A stretch of 64,000 bases of DNA from the human T2T-CHM13v2.0 reference genome, Homo sapiens. The stretch lies in the NCBI RefSeq assembly GCF_009914755.1, contig NC_060946.1; one strand, written 5' to 3'. The notes beneath the pieces were generated by a model, which made no database searches, had not been told where the DNA came from, and saw nothing but the letters and a program-made list of their open reading frames with translations. The position numbers and the translations under genes were made by a program. The stretch's first letter is position 1. The number at the start of each line of letters is the position of its first letter. This document shows, piece by piece, positions 1-18,428 of this stretch.

Positions 1-1518
1 ATATATAACCTCATATATATTATATATCATAATACATAATATTTATCCTATGTCATCTTATATATATTATGTATATTACATAACGTATATAATATATAAT
101 ACATATTATGCATCTTAAATAAGAAAATATATAATTATTGATAACATAACATATATTTATATATAATATGATATATAACGTATATACTATATCATATGTG
201 ATATATAATGTATATATTTTTATTACATATTATAATTTATATATATTATAATTTATATAAAGATATAATTATTTATGTAATATAAATAATTATATACAAT
301 TATATAATGAGGTATATTATAAATAATAATATATACGATTACATATTTATGTAGTTATCTGTATAAAAATATAATTATATATATAATTATATATATCATA
401 TAATAGACAACATACATATTATATAATGTATAATATATATTATACAATATATGATACATATATGATATTTAATATATCATAATAGAATATATATTTTAAT
501 ATTATGTATGTAACATATATTATGTGATATATAATATATATTATGTAATATAAAATAATATAATATAATATATATTATATTATGATATATTATGTAAAGT
601 AAGTAATAAAATTACATATAAAATAATACATAGTTATGTATAATATAACGTATAATTATATACGTTATATTTTATATGTACATATAATATTATACAGTTA
701 TATATAATTTTGAATAGTTACATATAATGTAATATAAAACATATATAATATATATCATAAAATATATATTTTATACCATATATAATATGTATCATATATT
801 GTGTGTTATATGTCATATATTGTATATCATATATCGTATGTTATATGTTATATATATCACATTCCACATATTGTGTATTATAAATTATATATAATATATG
901 ACATACATTACATTATATTTGATAAATTATACATTATATGTAACATAGTATATATTATATGTAACATGTATATTCTATGGAAAATATATAATATATAACA
1001 TATATTACATATAATTAATGACATAGACATATAATATATATTTAATATATGTATTATACATACAACATATTGTATATAATATATAACATATATTACATAA
1101 AAGTCATAAAATATAATATATATTGTATGTCATATTTTACATTTACAGTTATATATTATTATATGTTATTTTATCTCATATATAACATAGAAACAATATA
1201 TATTATATATAATGTATATTATATATAACATAGATATAATAGATATAATATATGTAATGTATATTATATATTTAATACGTATATTAACCATATAATATAT
1301 TCTATATATAAAATATAATATATCTTATATATGTCATAAAATATAACTTATATTATGTGTCATATTGTATAAATATAATGCTTATCTATTATCAATTATT
1401 ATATGACATATAATATATATAATATAAGACGCAGGATGTAAAACAATATTATATATATGTTATATGTATTATATATACGATACTATATATTATTATATAC
1501 ATAATGTATATTTATATT
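1..1518. repeat. AT-rich low-complexity block of monomer 1 (5' end cut by window); an equivalent block lies between every Alu and the next HSATI
   Basis: Degenerate TA/TATAA/ATATT mosaics with very few G/C, conserved almost base-for-base between monomers. Confidence 0.95.
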
Positions 1519-2084
1519 TGTGGGTGCCCTATTCCCCATCTGATAACTTGTTGTAAGAAGCGCAGCGTAATAATGTGTGGGCTTGGGATTCTGTTTTTGA
1601 AACAAAACACTGAGCCTTCAATGACCTTTCGGTCTCTGTAAAAGGACTCCTGTCTTCCTGGCAGCTGTTGGACCTCACAATGTGGATTGTGCCCTCACCC
1701 TGCAATGTTGATGCCCTATCGCCATGGTGACGGGATTAGGGATCTCCTGCTCTTGGTCCTAAGGGCCACTGTCTGTGCTGTGTTTTCCAAAGGTCAGAAC
1801 AGATTGAACCTTTGTGGTTTTATTTTCCCTGAGTTTGATTTTTCTCATGGGGAACCTGTGTTGCTGCTTTGAACGTATATTCATACTGGCCTTTCAAATG
1901 CCAACTCTTCATATTACTAGTTAATGCTTTCAAAATATGTTATTTAAAAAATGATCCTCAGTATTGTCCATATGCAGTTATGAATACGTTTCATGGTTAT
2001 GTTTTATTCCTCAGTTTACATATTTGATTATTGTACCAAGCAGAGTACCTTTGAAATGTTTTTCCATTTAAAAAATATGAATCT
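1519..2084. repeat. HSATI segment
   Basis: Starts tgtgggtgccctattcccc, ends aaaatatgaatct; recognised as HSATI from recalled consensus. Confidence 0.85.
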
Positions 2085-2376
<292 letters not shown>

Positions 2377-3806
2377 TTATATATGTTATATACTATATGT
2401 TATGGAATATGCTTTATATGTAATATATAACCTCATATATATTATATGTCATAATACATAATATTTATCCTATGTCATCTTATATATATTATGTATATTA
2501 CATAACGTATATAATATATAATACATATTATGCATCTTAAATATGAAAATATATAATTATTGATAACATAACATATAGTTATATATAATATGATATATAA
2601 CGTATATACTATATCATATGTGATATATAATATATATATTTTTATTACATATTATAGTTTATATATATTATAATTTATATAAAGATATAATTATTTATGT
2701 AATATAAATAATTATATATAATTATATAATGAGGTATAATATAAATAATAATATATACGATTACATAATTATGTAGTTATCTGTATAAAAATATAATTAT
2801 ATATATAATTATATATATCATATAATAGACAACATACATATTATATAATGTATAATATATATTATACAATATATGATACATATATGATATTTAATATATC
2901 ATAATAGAATATATATTTTAATATTATGTATGTAACATATATTATGTGATATATAATATATATTATGTAATATAAAATAATATAATATAATATATATTAT
3001 ATTATGATATATTATGTAAAGTAAGAAATAAAATTACATATAACATAATACATAGTTATGTATAATATAACGTATAATTATATACGTTATATTTTATATG
3101 TACATATAATATTATACAGTTATATATAATTTTGAATAGTTACATATAATGTAATATAAAACATATATAATATATATCATAAAATATATATTTTATACCA
3201 TATATAATATATATCATATATTGTGTGTTATATGTCATATATTGTATATCATATATCGTATGTTATATGTTATATACATCACATTCCACATATTGTGTAT
3301 TAAAAATTATATATAATATATGACATACATTACATTATATTTGATAAATTATACATTATATGTAACATAGTATATATTATATGTAACATGTATATTCTAT
3401 GGAAAATATATAATATATAACATATATTACATATAATTAATGACATAGACATATAATATATATTTAATATATGTATTATACATACAACATATTGTATATA
3501 ATATATAACATATATTTCATAAAAGTCTTAAAATATAATATATATTGTATGTCATATTTTACATTTACAGTTATATGTTATTATATGTTATTTTATCTCA
3601 TATATAACATAGAAACAATATATATTATATATAATGTATATTATATATAACATAGATATAATAGATATAATATATGTAATGTATATTATATATTTAATAC
3701 GTATATTAACCATATAATATATTCTATATATGAAATATAATATATCTTATATATGTCATAAAATATAACGTATAATATGTGTCATATTGTATAAATATAA
3801 TGCTTA
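2377..3806. repeat. AT-rich block of monomer 2, truncated at its 3' end by a deletion
   Basis: Ends at aatataatgctta (3806) instead of continuing tctattatcaatt. Confidence 0.9.
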
Positions 3807-3924
3807 CCTGGGAGGCTGAGGGAGGACGATCGCTTGAACCCGTGAGGCAGATGTTGCAGTGAGCAAAGATGGCGCCATTGTACTTCACCCTGTGAAACAC
3901 GACTAGAATCTGTCTGAAAAAAAA
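3807..3924 (+). mobile_element. Partial Alu (3' part of right arm only) in the deleted monomer
   Basis: cctgggaggctgagggaggacgatcgcttgaacc...tgtctg + A8 directly follows AT-rich sequence. Confidence 0.92.
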
Positions 3925-5484
3925 TTATATATGGTATATACTATATGTTATGGAATATGCTTTATATGTAATATATAACCTCATATATATTATATGTAAT
4001 AATACATAATATTTATCCTATGTCATCTTATATATATTATGTATATTACATAACGTATATAATATATAATACATATTATGCATCTTAAATATGAAAATAT
4101 ATAATTATTGATAACATAACATATAATTATATACAATATGATATATAACGTATATACTATATCATATGTGATATATAATATATATATTTTTATTACATAT
4201 TATAATTTATATATATTATAATTTATATAAAGATATAATTATTTATGTAATATAAATATATATAATTATATAATGAGGTATATTATAAATAATAATACAT
4301 ACGATTACATAATTATGTAGTTATCTGTATAAAAATATAATTATATATATAATTATATATATCATATCATAGACAACATACATATTATATAATGTATAAT
4401 ATATAATATACAATATATGATACATATATGATATTTAATATATCATAATAGAATATATATTTTAATATTATGTATATAACATATATTATGTGATATATAA
4501 TATATATTATGTAATATAAAATAATATAATATAATATATATTATATTATGATATATTATGTAAAGTAAGTAATAAAATTACATATAACATAATATATAGT
4601 TATGTATAATATAACGTATAATTATATACGTTATATTTTATATGTACATATAATATTATACAGTTATATATAATTTTGAATAGTTACATATAATGTAATA
4701 TAAAACATATATAATATATATCATAAAATATATATTTTATACCATATATAATATGTATCATATATTGTGTGTTATATGTCATATATTGTATATCATATAT
4801 CGTATGTTATATGTTATATATATCACATTCCACATATTGTGTATTATAAATTATATATAATATATGACATACATTACATTATATTTGATAAATTATACAT
4901 TATATGTAACATAGTATATATTATATGTAACATGTATATTCTATGGAAAATATATAATATATAACATATATTACATATAATTAATGACATAGACATATAA
5001 TATATATTTAATATATGTATTATACATACAACATATTGTATATAATATATAACATATATTACATAAAAGTCGTAAAATATAATATATATTGTATGTCATA
5101 TTTTACATTTACAGTTATATATTATTATATGTTATTTTATCTCATATATAACATAGAAACAATATATATTATATATAATGTATATTATATATAACATAGA
5201 TATAATAGATATAATATATGTAATGTATATTATATATTTAATACGTATATTAACCATATAATATATTCTATATATAAAATATAATATATCTTATATATGT
5301 CATAAAATATAACTTATATTATGTGTCATATTGTATAAATATAATGCTTATCTATTATCAATTATTATATGACATATAATATATATAATATAAGACGCAG
5401 GATGTAAAACAATATTATATATATGTTATATGTATTATATATACGTTACTATATATTATTATATACATAATGTATATTTATATT

Positions 5485-6049
5485 TGTGGGTGCCCTATTC
5501 CCCATCTGATAACTTGTTGTAAGAAGCGCAGCGTAATAATGTGTGGGCTTGGGATTCTGTTTTTGAAACAAAACACTGAGCCTTCAATGACCTTTCGGTC
5601 TCTGTAAAAGCACTCCTGTCTTCCTGGCAGCTGTTGGACCTCACAATGTGGATTGTGCCCTCACCCTGCAATGTTGATGCCCTATCGCCATGGTGACGGG
5701 ATTAGGGATCTCCTGCTCTTGGTCCTAAGGGCCACTGTCTGTGCTGTGTTTTCCAAAGGTCAGAACAGATTTAACCTTTGTGGTTTTATTTTCCCTGAGT
5801 TTGATTTTTCTCATGGGGAACCTGTGTTGCTGCTTTGAACGTATATTCATACTGGCCTTTCAAATGCCAACTCTTCATATTACTAGTTAATGCTTTCAAA
5901 ATATGTTATTTAAAAAATGATCCTCAGTATGGTCCATATGCAGTTATGAATATGTTTCATGGTTATGTTTTATTCCTCAGTTTACATATTTGATTATTGT
6001 ACCAAGCAGAGTACCTTTGAAATGTTTTTCCATTTAAAAATATGAATCT
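5485..6049. repeat. HSATI segment
   Basis: Copy of 1519-2084. Confidence 0.85.
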
Positions 6050-6341
<292 letters not shown>

Positions 6342-7900
6342 TTATATATGGTATATACTATATGTTATGGAATATGCTTTATATGTAATATATAACCTCA
6401 TATATATTATATGTCATAATACATAATATTTATCCTATGTCATCTTATATATATTATGTATATTACGTAACGTATATAATATATAATACATATTATGCAT
6501 CTTAAATATGAAAATATATAATTATTGATAACATAACATATAGTTATATATAATATGATATATAACGTATATACTATATCATATGTGATATATAATATAT
6601 ATATTTTTATTACATATTATAATTTATATATATTATAATTTATATAAAGATATAATTATTTATGTAATATAAATATATATAATTATATAATGAGGTATAA
6701 TATAAATAATAATACATACGATTACATATTTATGTAGTTATCTGTATAAAAATATAATTATATATATAATTATATATATCATATAATAGACAACATACAT
6801 ATTATATAATGTATAATATATATTATACAATATATGATACATATATGATATTTAATATATCATAATAGAATATATATTTTAATATTATGTATGTAACATA
6901 TATTATGTGATATATAATATATATTATGTAATATAAAATAATATAATATAATATATATTATATTATGATATATTATGTAAAGTAAGTAATAAAATTACAT
7001 ATAACATAATATATAGTTATGTATAATATAACGTATAATTATATACGTTATATTTTATATGTACATATAATATTATACAGTCATATATAATTTTGAATAG
7101 TTACATATAATGTAATATAAAACACATATAATATATATCATAAAATATATATTTTATACCATATATAATATGTATCATATATTGTGTGTTATATGTCATA
7201 TATTGTATATCATATATCGTATGTTATATGTTATATATATCACATTCCACATATTGTGTATTATAAATTATATATAATATATGACATACATTACATTATA
7301 TTTGATAAATTATACATTATATGTAACTTAGTATATATTATATGTAACATGTATATTCCATGGAAAATATATAATGTATAACATATATTACATATAATTA
7401 ATGACATAGACATATAATATATATTTAATATATGTATTATAGATACAACATATTGTATATAATATATAACATATATTACATAAATGTCATAAAATATAAT
7501 ATATATTGTATGTCATATTTTACATTTACAGTTATATATTATTATATGTTATTTTATCTCATATATAACATAGAAACATTATATATTATATATAATGTAT
7601 ATTATATATAACATAGATATAATAGATTAATATATGTAAGGTATATTATATATTTTATACGTGTATTAAACATATAATATATTCTATATATGAAATATAA
7701 TATATCTTATATGTGTCATAAAATATAACGTATAATATGTGTCATATTGTATAAATATAATGCTTATCTATTATCAATTATTATATGACATATAATATAT
7801 ATAATATAAGACGCAGGATGTAAAACAATATTATATATATGTTATATGTATTATATATACGATACTATATATTATTATATACATAATGTATATTTATATT

Positions 7901-8466
7901 TGTGGGTGCCCTATTCCCCATCTGATAACTTGTTGTAAGAAGCGCAGCGTAATAATGTGTGGGCTTGGGATTCTGTTTTTGAAACAAAACACTGAGCCTT
8001 CAATGACCTTTCGGTCTCTGTAAAAGCACTCCTGTCTTCCTGGCAGCTGTTGGACCTCACAATGTGGATTGTGCCCTCACCCTGCAATGTTGATGCCCTA
8101 TCGCCATGGTGACGGGATTAGGGATCTCCTGCTCTTGGTCCTAAGGGCCACTGTCTGTGCTGTGTTTTCCAAAGGTCAGAACAGATTGAACCTTTGTGGT
8201 TTTATTTTCCCTGAGTTTGATTTTTCTCATGGGGAACCTGTGTTGCTGCTTTGAACGTATATTCATACTGGCCTTTCAAATGCCAACTCTTCATATTACT
8301 AGTTAATGCTTTCAAAATATGTTATTTAAAAAATTATCCTCAGTATTGTCCATATGCAGTTATGAATACGTTTCATGGTTATGTTTTATTCCTCAGTTTA
8401 CATATTTGATTATTGTACCAAGCAGAGTACCTTTGAAATGTTTTTCCATTTAAAAAATATGAATCT
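7901..8466. repeat. HSATI segment
   Basis: Copy of 1519-2084. Confidence 0.85.
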
Positions 8467-8758
<292 letters not shown>

Positions 8759-10317
8759 TTATATATGGTATATACTATATGTTATGGAATATGCTTTATA
8801 TGTAATATATAACCTCATATATATTATATGTCATAATACATAATATTTATCCTATGTCATCTTATATATATTATGTATATTACGTAACGTATATAATATA
8901 TAATACATATTATGCATCTTAAATATGAAAATATATAATTATTGATAACATAACATATAGTTATATATAATATGATATATAAAGTATATACTATATCATA
9001 TGTGATATATAATATATATATTTTTATTACATATTATAATTTATATATATTATAATTTATATAAAGATATAATTATTTATGTAATATAAATATATATAAT
9101 TATATAATGAGGTATAATATAAATAATAATACATACGATTACATATTTATGTAGTTATCTGTATAAAAATATAATTATATATATAATTATATATATCATA
9201 TCATAGACAACATATATATTATATAATGTATAATATATATTATACAATATATGATACATATATGATATTTAATATATCATAATAGAATATATATTTTAAT
9301 ATTATGTATGTAACATATATTATGTGATATATAATATATATTACGTAATATAAAATAATACAATATAATATATATTATATTATGATATATTATGTAAAGT
9401 AAGTAATAAAATTACATATAACATAATATATAGTTATGTATAATATAACGTATAATTATATACGTTATATTTTATATGTACATATAATATTATACAGTTA
9501 TATATAATTTTGAATAGTTACCTATAATGTAATATAAAACATATATAATATATATCATAAAATATATATTTTATACCATATATAATATGTATCATATATT
9601 GTGTGTTATATGTCATGTATTGTATATCATATATCGTATGTTATATGTTATATATATCACATTCCACATATTGTGTATTATAAATTATATATAATATATG
9701 ACATACATTACATTATATTTGATAAATTATACATTATATGTAACATAGTATATATTATATGTAACATGTATATTCTATGGAAAATATATAATATATAACA
9801 TATATTACATATAATTAATGACATAGACATATAATATATATTTAATATATGTATTATACGTACAACATATTGTATATAATATATAACATATATTACATAA
9901 ATGTCATAAAATATAATATATATTGTATGTCATATTTTACATTTACAGTTATATATTATTATATGTTATTTTATCTCATATATAACATAGAAACATTATA
10001 TATTATATATAATGTATATTATATATAACATAGATATAATAGATTAATATATGTAAGGTTTATTATATATTTAATACGTATATTAAACATATAATATATT
10101 CTATATATGAAATATAATATATCTTATATGTGTCATAAAATATAACTTATATTATGTGTCATATTGTATAAATATAATGCTTATCTATTATCAATTATTA
10201 TATGACATATAATATATATAATATAAGACGCAGGATGTAAAACAATATTATATATATGTTATATGTATTATATATAAGATACTATATATTATTATATACA
10301 TAATGTATATTTATATT

Positions 10318-10883
10318 TGTGGGTGCCCTATTCCCCATCTGATAACTTGTTGTAAGAAGCGCAGCGTAATAATGTGTGGGCTTGGGATTCTGTTTTTGAA
10401 ACAAAACACTGAGCCTTCAATGACCTTTCGGTCTCTGTAAAAGCACTCCTGTCTTCCTGGCAGCTGTTGGACCTCACAATGTGGATTGTGCCCTCACCCT
10501 GCAATGTTGATGCCCTATCGCCATGGTGACGGGATTAGGGATCTCCTGCTCTTGGTCCTAAGGGCCACTGTCTGTGCTGTGTTTTCCAAAGGTCAGAACA
10601 GATTGAACCTTTGTGGTTTTATTTTCCCTGAGTTTGATTTTTCTCATGGGGAACCTGTGTTGCTGCTTTGAACGTATATTCATACTGGCCTTTCAAATGC
10701 CAACTCTTCATATTACTAGTTAATGCTTTCAAAATATGTTATTTAAAAAATGATCCTCAGTATTGTCCATATGCAGTTATGAATACGTTTCATGGTTATG
10801 TTTTATTCCTCAGTTTACATATTTGATTATTGTACCAAGCAGAGTACCTTTGAAATGTTTTTCCATTTAAAAAATATGAATCT
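10318..10883. repeat. HSATI segment
   Basis: Copy of 1519-2084. Confidence 0.85.
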
Positions 10884-11175
<292 letters not shown>

Positions 11176-12735
11176 TTATATATGGTATATACTATATGTT
11201 ATGGAATATGCTTTATATGTAATATATAACCTCATATATATTATATGTCATAATACATAATATTTATCCTATGTCATCTTATATATATTATGTATATTAC
11301 GTAACGTATATAATATATAATACATATTATGCATCTTAAATATGAAAATATATAATTATTGATAACATAACATATAGTTATATATAATATGATATATAAC
11401 GTATATACTATATCATATGTGATATATAATATATATATTTTTATTACATATTATAATTTATATATATTATAATTTATATAAAGATATAATTATTTATGTA
11501 ATATAAATATATATAATTATATAATGAGGTATAATATAAATAATAATACATACGATTACATATTTATGTAGTTATCTGTATAAAAATATAATTATATATA
11601 TAATTATATATATCATATAATAGACAACATACATATTATATAATGTATAATATATATTATACAATATATGACACATATATGATATTTAATATATCATAAT
11701 AGAATATATATTTTAATATTATGTATGTAACATATATTATGTGATATATAATATATATTATGTAATATAAAATAATATAATATAATATATATTATATTAT
11801 GGTATATTATGTAAAGTAAGTAATAAAATTACATATAACATAATATATAGTTATGTATAATATAACGTATAATTATATACGTTATATTTTATATGTACAT
11901 ATAATATTATACAGTTATATATAATTTTGAATAGTTACCTATAATGTAATATAAAACATATATAATATATATCATAAAATATATATTTTATACCATATAT
12001 AATATGTATCATATATTGTGTGTTATATGTCATATATTGTATATCATATATCGTATGTTATATGTTATATATATCACATTCCACATATTGTGTATTATAA
12101 ATTATATATAATATATGACATACATTACATTATATTTGATAAATTATACATTATATGTAACATAGTATATATTATATGTAACATGTATATTCTATGGAAA
12201 ATATATAATATATAACATATATTACATATAATTAATGACATAGACATATAATATATATTTAATATATGTATTATACATACAACATATTGTATATAATATA
12301 TAACATATATTACATAAAAGTCATAAAATATAATATATATTGTATGTCATATTTTACATTTACATTTATATATTATTATATGTTATTTTATCTCATATAT
12401 AACATAGAAACAATATATATTATATATAATGTATATTATATATAACATAGATATAATAGATATAATATATGTAATGTATATTATATATTTAATACGTATA
12501 TTAACCATATAATATATTCTATATATGAAATATAATATATCTTATATATGTCATAAAATATAACTTATATTATGTGTCATATTGTATAAATATAATGCTT
12601 ATCTATTATCAATTATTATATGACATATAATATATATAATATAAGACGCAGGATGTAAAACAATATTATATATATGTTATATGTATTATATATACGATAC
12701 TATATATTATTATATACATAATGTATATTTATATT

Positions 12736-13301
12736 TGTGGGTGCCCTATTCCCCATCTGATAACTTGTTGTAAGAAGCGCAGCGTAATAATGTGTGGGCT
12801 TGGGATTCTGTTTTTGAAACAAAACACTGAGCCTTCAATGACCTTTCGGTCTCTGTAAAAGCACTCCTGTCTTCCTGGCAGCTGTTGGACCTCACAATGT
12901 GGATTGTGCCCTCACCCTGCAATGTTGATGCCCTATCGCCATGGTGACGGGATTAGGGATCTCCTGCTCTTGGTCCTAAGGGCCACTGTCTGTGCTGTGT
13001 TTTCCAAAGGTCAGAACAGATTGAACCTTTGTGGTTTTATTTTCCCTGAGTTTGATTTTTCTCATGGGGAACCTGTGTTGCTGCTTTGAACGTATATTCA
13101 TACTGGCCTTTCAAATGCCAACTCTTCATATTACTAGTTAATGCTTTCAAAATATGTTATTTAAAAAATGATCCTCAGTATTGTCCATATGCAGTTATGA
13201 ATACGTTTCATGGTTATGTTTTATTCCTCAGTTTACATATTTGATTATTGTACCAAGCAGAGTACCTTTGAAATCTTTTTCCATTTAAAAAATATGAATC
13301 T
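12736..13301. repeat. HSATI segment
   Basis: Copy of 1519-2084. Confidence 0.85.
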
Positions 13302-13593
<292 letters not shown>

Positions 13594-15152
13594 TTATATA
13601 TGGTATATACTATATGTTATGGAATATGCTTTATATGTAATATATAACCTCATATATATTATATGTCATAATACATAATATTTATCCTATGTCATCTTAT
13701 ATATATTATGTATATTACGTAACGTATATAATATATAATACATATTATGCATCTTAAATATGAAAATATATAATTATTGATAACATAACATATAGTTATA
13801 TATAATATGATATATAACGTATATACTATATCATATGTGATATATAATATATATATTTTTATTACATATTATAATTTATATATATTATAATTTATATAAA
13901 GATATAATTATTTATGTAATATAAATATATATAATTATATAATGAGGTATAATATAAATAATAATACATACGATTACATATTTATGTAGTTATCTGTATA
14001 AAAATATAATTATATATATAATTATATATATCATATCATAGACAACATATATATTATATAATGTATAATATATATTATACAATATATGATACATATATGA
14101 TATTTAATATATCATAATAGAATATATATTTTAATATTATGTATGTAACATATATTATGTGATATATAATATATATTATGTAATATAAAATAATATAATA
14201 TAATATATATTATATTATGATATATTATGTAAAGTAAGTAATAAAATTACATATAACATAATATATAGTTATGTATAATATAACGTATAATTATATACGT
14301 TATATTTTATATGTACATATAATATTATACAGTTATATATAATTTTGAATAGTTACCTATAATGTAATATAAAACATATATAATATATATCATAAAATAT
14401 ATATTTTATACCATATATAATATGTATCATATATTGTGTGTTATATGTCATGTATTGTATATCATATATCGTATGTTATATGTTATATATATCACATTCC
14501 ACATATTGTGTATTATAAATTATATATAATATATGACATACATTACATTATATTTGATAAATTATACATTATATGTAACATAGTATATATTATATGTAAC
14601 ATGTATATTCTATGGAAAATATATAATATATAACATATATTACATATAATTAATGACATAGACATATAATATATATTTAATATATGTATTATACGTACAA
14701 CATATTGTATATAATATATAACATATATTACATAAATGTCATAAAATATAATATATATTGTATGTCATATTTTACATTTACAGTTATATATTATTATATG
14801 TTATTTTATCTCATATATAACATAGAAACATTATATATTATATATAATGTATATTATATATAACATAGATATAATAGATTAATATATGTAAGGTTTATTA
14901 TATATTTAATACGTATATTAAACATATAATATATTCTATATATGAAATATAATATATCTTATATGTGTCATAAAATATAACTTATATTATGTGTCATATT
15001 GTATAAATATAATGCTTATCTATTATCAATTATTATATGACATATAATATATATAATATAAGACGCAGGATGTAAAACAATATTATATATATGTTATATG
15101 TATTATATATAAGATACTATATATTATTATATACATAATGTATATTTATATT

Positions 15153-15718
15153 TGTGGGTGCCCTATTCCCCATCTGATAACTTGTTGTAAGAAGCGCAGC
15201 GTAATAATGTGTGGGCTTGGGATTCTGTTTTTGAAACAAAACACTGAGCCTTCAATGACCTTTCGGTCTCTGTAAAAGCACTCCTGTCTTCCTGGCAGCT
15301 GTTGGACCTCACAATGTGGATTGTGCCCTCACCCTGCAATGTTGATGCCCTATCGCCATGGTGACGGGATTAGGGATCTCCTGCTCTTGGTCCTAAGGGC
15401 CACTGTCTGTGCTGTGTTTTCCAAAGGTCAGAACAGATTGAACCTTTGTGGTTTTATTTTCCCTGAGTTTGATTTTTCTCATGGGGAACCTGTGTTGCTG
15501 CTTTGAACGTATATTCATACTGGCCTTTCAAATGCCAACTCTTCATATTACTAGTTAATGCTTTCAAAATATGTTATTTAAAAAGTGATCCTCAGTATTG
15601 TCCATATGCAGTTATGAATACGTTTCATGGTTATGTTTTATTCCTCAGTTTACATATTTGATTATTGTACCAAGCAGAGTACCTTTGAAATGTTTTTCCA
15701 TTTAAAAAATATGAATCT
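15153..15718. repeat. HSATI segment
   Basis: Copy of 1519-2084. Confidence 0.85.
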
Positions 15719-16010
<292 letters not shown>

Positions 16011-17570
16011 TTATATATGGTATATACTATATGTTATGGAATATGCTTTATATGTAATATATAACCTCATATATATTATATGTCATAATACATAATATTT
16101 ATCCTATGTCATCTTATATATATTATGTATATTACGTAACGTATATAATATATAATACATATTATGCATCTTAAATATGAAAATATATAATTATTGATAA
16201 CATAACATATAGTTATATATAATATGATATATAACGTATATACTATATCATATGTGATATATAATATATATATTTTTATTACATATTATAATTTATATAT
16301 ATTATAATTTATATAAAGATATAATTATTTATGTAATATAAATATATATAATTATATAATGAGGTATAATATAAATAATAATACATACGATTACATATTT
16401 ATGTAGTTATCTGTATAAAAATATAATTATATATATAATTATATATATCATATCATAGACAACATACATATTATATAATGTATAATATATATTATACAAT
16501 ATATGACACATATATGATATTTAATATATCATAATAGAATATATATTTTAATATTATGTATGTAACATATATTATGTGATATATAATATATATTATGTAA
16601 TATAAAATAATATAATATAATATATATTATATTATGATATATTATGTAAAGTAAGTAATAAAATTACATATAACATAATATATAGTTATGTATAACATAA
16701 CGTATAATTATATACGTTATATTTTATATGTACATATAATATTATACAGTTATATATAATTTTGAATAGTTACCTATAATGTAATATAAAACATATATAA
16801 TATATATCATAAAATATATATTTTATACCATATATAATATGTATCATGTATTGTGTGTTATATGTCATGTATTGTATATCATATATCGTATGTTATATGT
16901 TATATATATCACATTCCACATATTGTGTATTATAAATTATATATAATATATGACATACATTACATTATATTTGATAAATTATACATTTTATGTAACATAG
17001 TATATATTATATGTAACATGTATATTCTATGGAAAATATATAATATATAACATATATTACATATAATTAATGACATAGACATATAATATATATTTAATAT
17101 ATGTATTATACATACAACATATTGTATATAATATATAACATATATTACATAAAAGTCGTAAAATATAATATATATTGTATGTCATATTTTAGATTTACAG
17201 TTATATATTATTATATGTTATTTTATCTCATATATAACATAGAAACAATATATATTATATATAATGTATATTATATATAACATAGATATAATAGATATAA
17301 TATATGTAATGTATATTATATATTTAATACGTATATTAACCATATAATATATTCTATATATGAAATATAATATACCTTTTATATGTCATAAAATATAACG
17401 TATATTATGTGTCATATTGAATAAATATAATGCTTATCTATTATCAATTATTATATGACATAAAATATATATAATATAAGACGCAGGATGTAAAACAATA
17501 TTATATATATGTTATATGTATTATATATACGATACTATATATTATTATATGCATAATGTATATTTATATT

Positions 17571-18136
17571 TGTGGGTGCCCTATTCCCCATCTGATAACT
17601 TGTTGTAAGAAGCGCAGCGTAATAATGTGTGGGCTTGGGATTCTGTTTTTGAAACAAAACACTGAGCCTTCAATGACTTTTCGGTCTCTGTAAAAGCACT
17701 CCTGTCTTCCTGGCAGCTGTTGGACCTCACAATGTGGATTGTGCCCTCACCCTGCAATGTTGATGCCCTATCGCCATGGTGACGGGATTAGGGATCTCCT
17801 GCTCTTGGTCCTAAGGGCCACTCTCTGTGCTGTGTTTTCCAAAGGTCAGAACAGATTGAACCTTTGTGGTTTTATTTTCCCTGAGTTTGATTTTTCTCAT
17901 GGGGAACCTGTGTTGCTGCTTTGAACGTATATTCATACTGGCCTTTCAAATGCCAACTCTTCATATTACTAGTTAATGCTTTCAAAATATGTTATTTAAA
18001 AAATGATCCTCAGTATTGTCCATATGCAGTTATGAATACGTTTCATGGTTATGTTTTATTCCTCAGTTTACATATTTGATTATTGTACCAAGCAGAGTAC
18101 CTTTGAAATGTTTTTCCATTTAAAAAATATGAATCT
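17571..18136. repeat. HSATI segment
   Basis: Copy of 1519-2084. Confidence 0.85.

Positions 18137-18428
<292 letters not shown>

Noticed and set aside
801-998. Recurrent 65-aa Tyr/Ile-rich ORF (and the 61-aa MYVLY.. ORFs and minus-strand ORFs at 35463 and 35887)
   Set aside because: Composition is simply translated (TA)n. It uses a GTG start, is broken by a stop in monomer 2, and recurs only because the satellite does.
1-1518. AT-rich organelle or Plasmodium-like DNA; TATA boxes and polyadenylation signals
   Set aside because: The AT block is a fixed part of the monomer, and such motifs are expected by chance at this composition.
1687-1872. 61-aa ORF MCPHPAML.. open in all 26 HSATI copies
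   Set aside because: It has a TTG start, no recognisable domain and lies inside HSATI. Variants include several missense changes, and near-identical copies give no power to infer selection.
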